A stretch of 64,000 nucleotides of DNA from Dehalococcoidia bacterium. GTDB taxonomy: Bacteria; Chloroflexota; Dehalococcoidia; Plut-88900. The stretch covers positions 800,001 to 864,000 of the forward strand of contig CBDFLQ010000007.1 of NCBI GenBank assembly GCA_965249275.1. Reading direction: 5' to 3'. The translations under genes and the position numbers were made by a program. Of this stretch, positions 8,654 through 17,497 are shown piece by piece. Numbering within the stretch: the stretch's first letter is position 1; each line of letters begins with the position of its first letter. Below the pieces are notes generated by a model, which had not been told where the DNA came from, ran no database searches, and saw only the letters and a program-made list of their open reading frames with translations.

Positions 8654-9667
8654 GTGAAAGATATTGGATTTATTACCACGTACGTCGGGATCCCGACTTT
8701 CTACAACGCTCCGTATATCGGGTTGGAGGACGTGAAAGAGGGGATGGCAGTGGTGGTGGGAGCGCCAATCGACAACGGCATCCTGTTCCCAAGGCTCGGG
8801 GCCCGGTTCGGCCCGAGAAGCATCCGTGAGGCGTCCCTTATGTACAGGGGTCTCCAGGACGTTGCCTCCGAAAAGACCTCGGTGAACGTGGACACGCACA
8901 TCGCCCGGCGGCTGAAGCCGCAGCTAAACCTGGGGGACATGGGTGACTTCCACGTTAACCCGCAGGACATCATGCAGACAACGGAATCGGTGATCGAGGG
9001 TATGTCGGACATCGTGAAGCTGGGAGGGGTCCCGATCCTGCTCGGCGGCGACCACTACCTGGCATACCCGGGTTTCGAGGGGTTTGCGCGGGGGCTGATG
9101 GAGAAGGGTGAGAATCCCAAGTTGGGGTACGTGCACATAGACAGCCACACGGACTTCCGGGACGGGTACGGGGATCTGGGACGGTACAACCACGGCACCT
9201 GCGCCCGAAGGATCAGCGAAAACTCCGTGGTGTCCTACAAGAACATGAGCTGGGTCGGGTTGAACGGCAGTGTTATGGACGCCGACATCTACAGGATGTA
9301 CAAGAAGCAAGAACTGAAGATGTCCACGGCGAAGGACGTTCGGACCAATGGGATGGAGCACGTGCTTCGGCAGGCGATAGAGGCAGCTGCGGACGGTACG
9401 GACGCGGTCTACGTCAGCGTGGACATCGACGTTGTCGACGCGTCCCATGCGCCCGGGACCGGAGTGCCGGTATTCGAGGGCATCGGGGCGAGGGACTTGC
9501 TGGAGGCAATGGCGATACTGAGCGAATACGACTGCATCAAGGCGCTGGACCTGTGTGAGGTGGCCCCACCCCTCGACCCGACCGGCAATACACCGTACCT
9601 GGCAGTCAATGGCCTCCTCGGCTTCCTGGGCGACTACCTGTACGACGTGGTTGATTTGGACAGCTAA
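8654..9667 (+). CDS. Agmatinase/ureohydrolase family protein, copy 2 (tandem paralog)
   Basis: GTG start at 8654 after AGGAG; same length (337 aa) and colinear with copy 1; GGDH, HIDSHTD and SVDIDVVD intact. Confidence 0.92.
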   Translation: MKDIGFITTYVGIPTFYNAPYIGLEDVKEGMAVVVGAPIDNGILFPRLGARFGPRSIREASLMYRGLQDVASEKTSVNVDTHIARRLKPQLNLGDMGDFHVNPQDIMQTTESVIEGMSDIVKLGGVPILLGGDHYLAYPGFEGFARGLMEKGENPKLGYVHIDSHTDFRDGYGDLGRYNHGTCARRISENSVVSYKNMSWVGLNGSVMDADIYRMYKKQELKMSTAKDVRTNGMEHVLRQAIEAAADGTDAVYVSVDIDVVDASHAPGTGVPVFEGIGARDLLEAMAILSEYDCIKALDLCEVAPPLDPTGNTPYLAVNGLLGFLGDYLYDVVDLDS

Positions 9668-9708
9668 GCCAGGGGAAGATTTCGCTTCTCACTCGCAGCA
9701 TGGTGTAA

Positions 9709-11271
9709 ATGCAAATGTTTGATCTACTGATTTCAGGCGGCCGAGTCATTGACGGCACGGGACAGACCTGGTTCCGCGCCGACGTGGGCGTGACCGGGGA
9801 CACGGTGACCGTCATCCGGGGGGAAGCGTCGGGAGTTCAGGCCGCGCGCACCATCGACGCCACGGGCTGTGTCGTCTCCCCCGGCTTCATCGACATGCAC
9901 TCCCACTCGGACCTCGCACTCCTGAACAACCCCAGGCACGAGGCCAAGCTCGCGCAAGGTGTCACGACGGACGCCCTGGGCCAGGACGGCCTGTCCTACG
10001 CCCCATCTTCTCCCGAAAAACTTGAGCAGCTCCTCTGGTACCTGGCCGCAGTCAACGGCAAGCCCCCGCCCGACATCCGTTGGGGCTCCGTAAAGGAGTT
10101 CCTGGACCTCTTCGATGAGAGGGCCGCATGCAACGTCGTCTACTTCGTGCCCCACGCCGCGGTCCGGGTCGAGGCTATGGGCTGGGAGCAGCGCCTCCCG
10201 AATGATGACGAGCTTTCCCACATGAAGTCCCTTGTCGAAGAAGGGATGAGGGACGGCGCATTCGGCTTCTCCACGGGCCTCACCTACGTCCCCGGCACCT
10301 ACAGCGACACGCATGAACTGACGGAGGTCTGCAAGAGTCTCCGGGCTTACGGCGGCACCTACATCACCCACTGCCGCTACCACCGGGGCGACGGTCTCCT
10401 GGACCCGTTCAGGGAGGCGATAGACATCGGCGCCGAGGCTGGGGTCTCGGTCCAGATTTCCCATTTCCACAGCCCCCTGGACGGCATGGGCGAGCGAATG
10501 ATCGGACTCATAGATGAGGGCCGCAACCGGGGCGTGGACGTCACCTTCGACCAGTACCCTTATCCCGCAGCCAGCACCCTATTACTCTCCCTGGTCCCGG
10601 CCTGGGTTCACGCCGGCGGGCCTTCCAGCTTCATGGCCCGAATCAACGATCCCGGTGTCCGCGAACAGATCGCCGACAGCGTCAACCCTCAATGGGGCGG
10701 CGACATGAGCGATTACGTTTTCAGCCAGATCGGCTCCGACAAGAACAAGGAGTGGGAGGGCCGGTCCCTGGAAGACATGGCTCGGGCCTGGGACAAGTCC
10801 ATAGTCGACACCGTTTGCGACCTGCTGATAGAGGAAAACCTGGATGTCGCTTTCGTAGCGCGAACGGGCAACCCCGACAACATACGCACCATCCTTCAGC
10901 ATCCAGCGCACATGGTCGGGAGTGACGGTCTGCTCACGGGCAACAAACCCAACCCACGTACCTACGGCACCTTCCCCTACCTGCTTGGTCAGCTGGCCCG
11001 TGACGAGGGCGTGGTCTCCCTTGAAGAAGCCGTGCGGAAGATGACATCCATCCCGGCGCAGAGGCTCGGGCTTTCGGATCGTGGGATTCTCCGCAATGGC
11101 ATGAAAGCCGACATCGTGGTCTTCAACCCCGACACCGTACAGGCAACGGCCACCTTCGATGAGCCAGAGCAGCTGCCCATCGGCATCTACTACGTTGTCG
11201 TCAACGGCAAGCTAGTCATCGACCGGGGAGAGCATACGGGGGCGCTGCCGGGTCGGGCCCTACGCCACTAG
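9709..11271 (+). CDS. N-acyl-D-amino-acid deacylase (D-aminoacylase family)
   Basis: DLLISGGRVIDGTG, PGFIDMHSHSD, GFSTGLTY, DQYPY, GSDG...NPRTYGTFP, ADIVVFNP. Confidence 0.9.
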   Translation: MQMFDLLISGGRVIDGTGQTWFRADVGVTGDTVTVIRGEASGVQAARTIDATGCVVSPGFIDMHSHSDLALLNNPRHEAKLAQGVTTDALGQDGLSYAPSSPEKLEQLLWYLAAVNGKPPPDIRWGSVKEFLDLFDERAACNVVYFVPHAAVRVEAMGWEQRLPNDDELSHMKSLVEEGMRDGAFGFSTGLTYVPGTYSDTHELTEVCKSLRAYGGTYITHCRYHRGDGLLDPFREAIDIGAEAGVSVQISHFHSPLDGMGERMIGLIDEGRNRGVDVTFDQYPYPAASTLLLSLVPAWVHAGGPSSFMARINDPGVREQIADSVNPQWGGDMSDYVFSQIGSDKNKEWEGRSLEDMARAWDKSIVDTVCDLLIEENLDVAFVARTGNPDNIRTILQHPAHMVGSDGLLTGNKPNPRTYGTFPYLLGQLARDEGVVSLEEAVRKMTSIPAQRLGLSDRGILRNGMKADIVVFNPDTVQATATFDEPEQLPIGIYYVVVNGKLVIDRGEHTGALPGRALRH

Positions 11272-11357
11272 CAGCCCTTTCGGTTGACGGCCTTCGAGTG
11301 GTGGATGTAGCCTATTCCAAGGTTCGTTTGCACTGACCCTGAAGGGGAGGCACCCGG

Positions 11358-12329
11358 ATGACTGAGCAAGTCTTCGACATGGAAAAGTTCCAGGAGCAGG
11401 GCTATCTCGTGGCCCGGGACGTGCTGGACCCCGAGGTTGACCTCGCCCCTGTATTCACCGAGTACGAAGAACTGCTCGACCGTCTCTCTCGCATCTGGCT
11501 CCAAAGGGGCACGATCTCCAACACATTCGAGGGTCTACCGTTCAACGAACGGCTCGTCCAGATAGCCATCGCCACCCGAGGCAACTACTACCCCTACGTC
11601 GACATCTCCTTCACCCAGACCGACGTCGAAGAGCGTATGCCCGTCCACTCGGGCCCCGCAGTATTCAACTTACTCAGAAGTCCCCGTATGCTGGATGCCG
11701 TCGAGCAGTTCATCGGCCCGGAGATATATTGCAACCCCGTCCAGCATGTCCGTATCAAGCCACCCGAGAGCGCCCTCCCGGAAGACATGCTTAGCGACTC
11801 GTCGGTCGGGTACACGGCATGGCACCAGGACCAGGGCGTCATTATCCCCGATGCCGATGAATCTGACATTCTCACCGTCTGGCTCCCGGTCATAGAGGCC
11901 ACGGAGGAGAACGGCTGCATGGTGGTAGTGCCCGGAAGCCACAAGGCCGGGCTGGTGCCTCACTGCCCTCCCAAACCCAATGTGAAGCACGTGCACATTC
12001 TTGAAGAGCGACTCGGCGGAGACGCGATAGCTGTGCCCCTCAAGCCCGGCGACCTTCTATTCATGCACAAGCTGACCATGCACTGCTCGCTGCCCAACCG
12101 CAGCAACGACATTCGCTGGAGCTTCGATCTCCGCTACAACCCCACCGGCCAGGCTACGGGTCGGCCCTGGTTCCCCGGTTTCGTCGCCCGCAGCAAGGCC
12201 AACCCCGAGTCCGTCCTATCTGACCCAGACGAGTGGGCAACTCTCTGGGAGCGTGCCGGCGAAGTTCTGGCCAAGGGCCCGACTCCCGTCTACAACCGCT
12301 GGAGCCCCGGCGACCCCCTCTGCGCGTAA
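11358..12329 (+). CDS. Phytanoyl-CoA dioxygenase (PhyH) family Fe(II)/2OG dioxygenase
   Basis: WHQD (HxD), ENGCMVVVPGSH, distal H in TMHCS, RWSFDLRY. Confidence 0.88.
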   Translation: MTEQVFDMEKFQEQGYLVARDVLDPEVDLAPVFTEYEELLDRLSRIWLQRGTISNTFEGLPFNERLVQIAIATRGNYYPYVDISFTQTDVEERMPVHSGPAVFNLLRSPRMLDAVEQFIGPEIYCNPVQHVRIKPPESALPEDMLSDSSVGYTAWHQDQGVIIPDADESDILTVWLPVIEATEENGCMVVVPGSHKAGLVPHCPPKPNVKHVHILEERLGGDAIAVPLKPGDLLFMHKLTMHCSLPNRSNDIRWSFDLRYNPTGQATGRPWFPGFVARSKANPESVLSDPDEWATLWERAGEVLAKGPTPVYNRWSPGDPLCA

Positions 12330-12770
12330 CCCTTTACTAATCGACAGATGGGCGGGGCGTCCATGACTCGCGCTGATAGGCAGGGCCGCTCGTGTTGTCG
12401 AAGATCCGCCGAGGCGGAAACCTGTAAGAGTATGAGCAGCGGGGCAGGTGATACCCGATTGTGACATGAGCCTATTGCCCCAGTCCCTACCCGCCCCCCT
12501 ATAATGTCCCATGCGTCCCTCTTCCCCATTACCTGTACCCTCAACCTTGGGAGAACGCGGGGATTTTCTCGCGGAACAATCAGACAGGCACGAGTATTTG
12601 AATGAGTCAATCAAAAACGCCGCTTTTGGCGGGTTGCAAGCCCCGTCGCCATTAACTGAAACCGTTACAGGTCGCTAATCAACGATAAGAGTCCAGCGTA
12701 AGGGCAGGGAGTCGGCGATGCTGTACACTAAGGGACACCAGTCCCGACACTAAATCGGAGGTCATATTTC

Positions 12771-13979
12771 ATGAGAGAAGTAGCCATTGTCAGCCCTGTT
12801 CGCACGCCGGTCGGAAGGTTCGGGGGAACCCTCAAAGACATACCTGCAGAGGACTTGGGGGCCTTGATTATCCGGGAGGCGGTGTCGAGGTCGGGGGTGG
12901 ACCCGGAGAGAATTGATGAGGTTGTGTTGGGACACGGGTATTCCAGCGGGGAGAACCCGGCCATTGGTAGGTTGTGCGCCATGAAGGCCGACCTGCCACT
13001 ACAGGTAACGGGTTACCAGCTGGACCGGAGGTGCTCGTCGGGGCTGCAGGCGATATTGAATGCTGCAATGCTTGTCCAGACCGACAATGCCGACGTGGTG
13101 ATCGCGGGCGGAGCGGAGAGCATGAGCGGGGTAGAGTACTACACCACCAAGGCTCGGTGGGGAGGCCGGATGGGGTCCATGACTCTCCACGACCGGCTGG
13201 TAAGGAGCAGGGAGGCGTCGTCTCCCGAGGAGAGGTTCGGATACATAGCCGGGATGATCGGGACGGCGCAGAACGTTGCCGATCATTACGAGATTTCCAG
13301 GGAAGAGCAGGACGAGTATTCCTTGCGCAGCCATCAGCGCGCTGTGGCCGCAGTAGAGGCGGCCAAGTTCAAGGATGAGATAGTTCCGGTTCCCGTGCCC
13401 CAGCGCCGGGGCCCACCCGTGATGTTCGAAGCGGACGAGGGGCCCCGCAAGGACACCTCAATGGAATCCCTGGGCAAGCTGAGGCCGTTGATGAAGGACG
13501 GCTCGGTGACGGCGGGCAACTCTAGCTCACAGAACGATGCCGCGTCGGTGTGCCTGGTGGTTGCAGCAGATAAGCTGGACGAGTTGGGACTCGAGCCGAT
13601 GGCCTACCTGAAGGGATGGGCGTCGGCGGGGGTGCACCCGGCCTACATGGGGGTCGGGCCTGTGCCGGCAGTCAACAAGCTGTTTGCCAAGACGGGATAC
13701 GGATGGCGTGACATCGACCTTATCGAGTTGAACGAGGCCTTTGCTTCCCAGGTACTCTCAGTCGTGCATCAATGGCAGGCCCCCAGGGACGACATCCACG
13801 AGATTCTGAACGTTAATGGGTCGGGGATATCCCTCGGTCACCCCATAGCGGCCACCGGGGCCCGGATCCTGGCAACGATGTTGTATGAGATGAAGCGCCG
13901 GGGCTCGAAGCTCGGGTTGGAGACGATGTGCGTGGGCGGAGGGCAGGGCGTAGCCGCACTGTTCGAGCTGGCGGCGTAA
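12771..13979 (+). CDS. Acetyl-CoA C-acyltransferase (thiolase)
   Basis: RTPVGRFGG, RRCSSG catalytic Cys, NEAF, GHPIAATG, MCVGGGQG. Confidence 0.95.
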   Translation: MREVAIVSPVRTPVGRFGGTLKDIPAEDLGALIIREAVSRSGVDPERIDEVVLGHGYSSGENPAIGRLCAMKADLPLQVTGYQLDRRCSSGLQAILNAAMLVQTDNADVVIAGGAESMSGVEYYTTKARWGGRMGSMTLHDRLVRSREASSPEERFGYIAGMIGTAQNVADHYEISREEQDEYSLRSHQRAVAAVEAAKFKDEIVPVPVPQRRGPPVMFEADEGPRKDTSMESLGKLRPLMKDGSVTAGNSSSQNDAASVCLVVAADKLDELGLEPMAYLKGWASAGVHPAYMGVGPVPAVNKLFAKTGYGWRDIDLIELNEAFASQVLSVVHQWQAPRDDIHEILNVNGSGISLGHPIAATGARILATMLYEMKRRGSKLGLETMCVGGGQGVAALFELAA

Positions 13980-13993
13980 CAGGCTATTAAGCC

Positions 13994-14953
13994 ATGACTA
14001 CATCACTCTTTTCCGTCTATAGCCAGCGGGAGAACCGTGTCACGGCTGCCTTTCTGGCTGTTTTGGAAAGGTTGAGCCTACCGAATATGGATCGCATCCT
14101 GCAAGCACTGCTTGGGAACAGGGACTTTAGGTTAGTTAGGTTCCAAAATCAGCCCGCGGGAATCAAATCTAGACCCGACGGCATTATCAAGACAAGCTCC
14201 TCCATCTGGATTGAGACCAAGACAAGCGAAAATGTGGTGGACCACGACCAAATTTCCAGACACCTAGAGGGCCTCCAGGGCAAGCAGAAGTTGCTTCTAC
14301 TGACACCAGATGACTTCAGGCCTGCATGCCTGCACAAAGATGTCTCATGGTCGAACTTCATCACTTTAACCAAGGCTATCCGGAAAAGTCTCGACGATAG
14401 GGATGACCCCGCCTCCGAGAGGGAAGCGTTTCTGCTCAGAGAACTCATAAGGCTGTTTGATGATCAAGGACTCTTAGTTTCTACCGAGAAGAGAGTTCTT
14501 GTATTTCCCGCTCCGGGTGCATGGCCTATGTATCGGAGCCTAAGTGTATATAGAAGATCGACTGGTAGATCATTCCGAAAATCGGCCTATATAGGCTTCT
14601 ACACTGATGGTGAAATCAAACCGACCGTGCCCAGAATTAAGTCGGAAATCAAGTCCATTGACCTTAGAAACCAAGAGCAGATCGAAACACTTGATGAAAA
14701 ACAGAGAGAGTACGTACAAGAGCTCAAGAAGAAGATAGACAGTAACGCATTGTGGCATCAATTCCCCCATGCTTTTCACCTGATGTTTTTAAGTGATCCA
14801 GACGATGAAGAAACTGTGAAGTTGACAAACTCTGTCAAGAACGACAAGAAAGGCAGAGGCGGGAAGGGGACTGCGTTTACTCAGAGCTTTACATACGTCA
14901 ACTTGGATAAACTAAAAGTAGCGCGCACTACTGGAGACCTTAGAGATGGCTGA
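13994..14953 (+). CDS. Hypothetical protein with PD-(D/E)XK nuclease-like N-terminal domain
   Basis: ENRVT helix, RPDG...IWIETK...Q motif, LLLLTPD; AT-richer than flanks. Confidence 0.6.
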   Translation: MTTSLFSVYSQRENRVTAAFLAVLERLSLPNMDRILQALLGNRDFRLVRFQNQPAGIKSRPDGIIKTSSSIWIETKTSENVVDHDQISRHLEGLQGKQKLLLLTPDDFRPACLHKDVSWSNFITLTKAIRKSLDDRDDPASEREAFLLRELIRLFDDQGLLVSTEKRVLVFPAPGAWPMYRSLSVYRRSTGRSFRKSAYIGFYTDGEIKPTVPRIKSEIKSIDLRNQEQIETLDEKQREYVQELKKKIDSNALWHQFPHAFHLMFLSDPDDEETVKLTNSVKNDKKGRGGKGTAFTQSFTYVNLDKLKVARTTGDLRDG

Positions 14954-14988
14954 TGTTCCGTTACGGGCTGAAATAACCTGTTTTTGAC

Positions 14989-15669
14989 ATGAACGGAATC
15001 CACGACATGGGTGGCATGCACGGATTTGGCCCCGTGCCCATCGAAACCGATGAGCCGGTCTTCCACGAGCCTTGGGAGGGTCGGGTATACGCTATGGCAA
15101 TCGCTGCGGGGCAGAAACGGCTCATGGCGCCCGGAGGTCTGAGGCCGTTCATCGAGGAACTGGAGCCGGCGCGTTATCTGAGGTCAAGCTACTACGAAAG
15201 GTGGATGGGTGCGCTGGAAGACGCCCTTGTCAGGAAGGGCGTTACCACCAGGGAGGAGCTTGACGGCCTGACGGCGCATTTCGCAGAGGACCCGGAGTCC
15301 GTGCCCGAGCGCCGTGAGGATCCCGGGCAGGCTTCCACTATGGCGGCGGCCATATACAGGCACAGATCGCCGCAACGGGAGACCGAGGCGGAGCCAAGAT
15401 TCAAGGTCGGGGATCGGGTGCGGGCACGCACTATCAACCCGCAGGGCCATACTCGGCTGCCGAGATATATACGTGGAAGATCGGGTGTCGTGACCCGGCT
15501 GCACGGGGTGCACAGCTTCGACGACACCAAGGCGCAAGGGCTCGGGCCCCAGCCTCAGCACATCTATAACGTCAGGTTCGAGGCGCGGGAACTCTGGGGC
15601 GAAGAGGCATCGGAAACGGAATCGGTTTATATCGACATGTGGGACAGTTATCTGGACTCAGAGGACTAG
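14989..15669 (+). CDS. nthB: Nitrile hydratase subunit beta
   Basis: MNGIHDMGGMHGFGP, FHEPWE, SYYERW, GHTRLPRYIRG, DMWDSYL. Confidence 0.96.
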   Translation: MNGIHDMGGMHGFGPVPIETDEPVFHEPWEGRVYAMAIAAGQKRLMAPGGLRPFIEELEPARYLRSSYYERWMGALEDALVRKGVTTREELDGLTAHFAEDPESVPERREDPGQASTMAAAIYRHRSPQRETEAEPRFKVGDRVRARTINPQGHTRLPRYIRGRSGVVTRLHGVHSFDDTKAQGLGPQPQHIYNVRFEARELWGEEASETESVYIDMWDSYLDSED

Positions 15670-15672
15670 GCA

Positions 15673-16305
15673 ATGAGCGAACACCACGACGATCATGACC
15701 ACGAGCACGAGGCGGAATCCTATGCCTCGCTGCGTACCAAGGCACTGGAATCCCTGCTTGTGGAAAAGGGCTACGTTACCACAGACGCCATCGATGCGCT
15801 GGTGAAGACCTACGAAGAGGACATAGGGCCCATGAACGGGGCCAGGGTCGTGGCCAGGGCGTGGGTCGACCAAGAATACAAAGCGCGCTTGCTACAGGAT
15901 GGGACCAAGGCTATCGCAGAATTGGGGTTCCAGGGAGCGGAAGGTTCGGAGATTGTGGTTTTGGAGAACACGGCGAATGTCCACAACGCCGTTGTCTGTA
16001 CGTTGTGCTCATGCTACCCGTGGCCGGTGCTCGGCCTCCCGCCGACGTGGTACAAGTCCTTCGCGTACCGTTCTCGGATGGTAATCGAGCCGCGAGAGGT
16101 GCTGAAAGAGTTCGGGATGGATGTAGAGGAGTCGATCGAGTTACGGGTCTGGGACAGCAACGCAGAGATCAGATACATGGTTCTGCCCGAGCGGCCATCC
16201 GGGACGGAAGGGATGAGCGAGGACGAATTGGCCGAGCTGGTGACAAGGGACTCGATGGTCGGGGTGGCTAAGGCTCGGATGCCGGAGGCGGTGGGGAGGG
16301 GTTAG
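15673..16305 (+). CDS. nthA: Nitrile hydratase subunit alpha, cobalt type
   Basis: [10 protein letters not shown] metal-binding motif (Thr/Tyr is the Co-type signature); His-rich N-terminus. Confidence 0.97.
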   Translation: MSEHHDDHDHEHEAESYASLRTKALESLLVEKGYVTTDAIDALVKTYEEDIGPMNGARVVARAWVDQEYKARLLQDGTKAIAELGFQGAEGSEIVVLENTANVHNAVVCTLCSCYPWPVLGLPPTWYKSFAYRSRMVIEPREVLKEFGMDVEESIELRVWDSNAEIRYMVLPERPSGTEGMSEDELAELVTRDSMVGVAKARMPEAVGRG

Positions 16306-16366
16306 GCTGAGACCGGACCCAAAGGTTGTGCCGTAGGCGAGTAGTGGCCGGACAGGAGAAAATACG

Positions 16367-16603
16367 ATGGCAATAATCGAAAAGGAAATCATCGCCTATG
16401 ATCTGATGCGCGATGAGCTTGAGGCGAAGCACCATGGTGAATGGGTTTTGGTGCATGACCAGAAGTTAATTGGCCTCTATAAAACGTTCCAAGAAGCGGC
16501 CAACATAGCAACTAGGAGGTTCGGGCGCGGGCCATACCTAATAAAGAAAATCGGGGAAGGCCCGCTCAAATTGCCATCCAGTGTGCTGTTCAGGAAGCTC
16601 TGA
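16367..16603 (+). CDS. Small DUF5678-like protein
   Basis: AGGAG RBS; 78 aa with the pattern LEAKHHGEWVLVHDQKLIG...FQEA; TGATG coupling to the next gene. Confidence 0.65.
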   Translation: MAIIEKEIIAYDLMRDELEAKHHGEWVLVHDQKLIGLYKTFQEAANIATRRFGRGPYLIKKIGEGPLKLPSSVLFRKL

Positions 16604-17055
16604 TGGTACGAATTGAGTGTGGATTCCCAGACGCCCCTAATGAATTGGTAGATGCTGGCCCCACAATTCCGGTTATAGTTGGTGCTCTTTCTACAATCGA
16701 AGATGAACAAGCAATCCCCCCGGGATTCAATGAATTCCCGTGTGCTGCATTAATTGATACGGGAGCCAACCATTGCTGTATAGATGCAACACTTGCTAGT
16801 GCCCTGGACTTGCCAACTATCGGCAAGGAGCGGGTAGGTGGAGTTCACGGAGTAGAAGACGTCAACGTGTATCTGGCTCAAGTCAAGGTTACCGGTGTCA
16901 ATACGATAATGCAGGGACGATTTACAGGTGTTCAACTGCGGTCCGCAGGGCTTCCTTTGGTATTGCTTGGGAGAGATTTCTTAAGCATGTACTCTATGGA
17001 CTACCAAGGACCATCGGGGTCGGTAGTCCTCAGAGATGAAGACTCTTTAGGATAA
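16603..17055 (+). CDS. Retropepsin-like (clan AA) aspartyl protease
   Basis: ALIDTGA catalytic motif and LLGRDFL C-terminal motif; single-domain size. Confidence 0.85.
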   Translation: MVRIECGFPDAPNELVDAGPTIPVIVGALSTIEDEQAIPPGFNEFPCAALIDTGANHCCIDATLASALDLPTIGKERVGGVHGVEDVNVYLAQVKVTGVNTIMQGRFTGVQLRSAGLPLVLLGRDFLSMYSMDYQGPSGSVVLRDEDSLG

Positions 17056-17393
17056 TGAACCGGGCCACAGACAACCAAATCTCGGGGATGGGTGGGGAGG
17101 TGGCTTTGCCGCGCAAGAACGGCGAGTTGGTATTCGAGATGCCGTGGGAGAGCCGTGCCTTTGGGTTGGCTGTCAGTCTGAGCGACGCAGGTGTGGTGGA
17201 GTGGCCGAAGTTCAGGGAAGCGCTGGTCACGGCGATCAAGGAGTCGGAGCGGGACGAGGACGGGCGTTCCTACTACCAGCAATGGCGCTCGGCGCTGGAA
17301 AAGGTTGCCTTGGAGAAGGGACTTGTGTCGGAAGAGAGTATGGACGGGCGGATGAGGTGGCTGGAAGAGGAATCGAGGCACGGGCACGATTAG
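17055..17393 (+). CDS. Nitrile hydratase accessory/activator protein (P14K/NhlE-like)
   Basis: LPRKNGELVFEMPWESRAFGLAV, WPKFR, YYQQWRSALE, C-terminal RHGHD; TAATG coupling. Confidence 0.9.
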   Translation: MNRATDNQISGMGGEVALPRKNGELVFEMPWESRAFGLAVSLSDAGVVEWPKFREALVTAIKESERDEDGRSYYQQWRSALEKVALEKGLVSEESMDGRMRWLEEESRHGHD

Positions 17394-17497
17394 AGCGGTT
17401 TCGGGGCCTTGGTTCAATTGAGTGGCGGATTCACATATAATCCCCGCGGCCCCCAACAACTCAAACTAAACACGTAGCTACAAGGGAGGTAGAGCAG

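Noticed and set aside
12691-12720. gtccagcgt, gggcaggga and ggcgatg words shared with the 4601-5028 element
   Set aside because: Short matches in a different order with no shared structure; likely chance.
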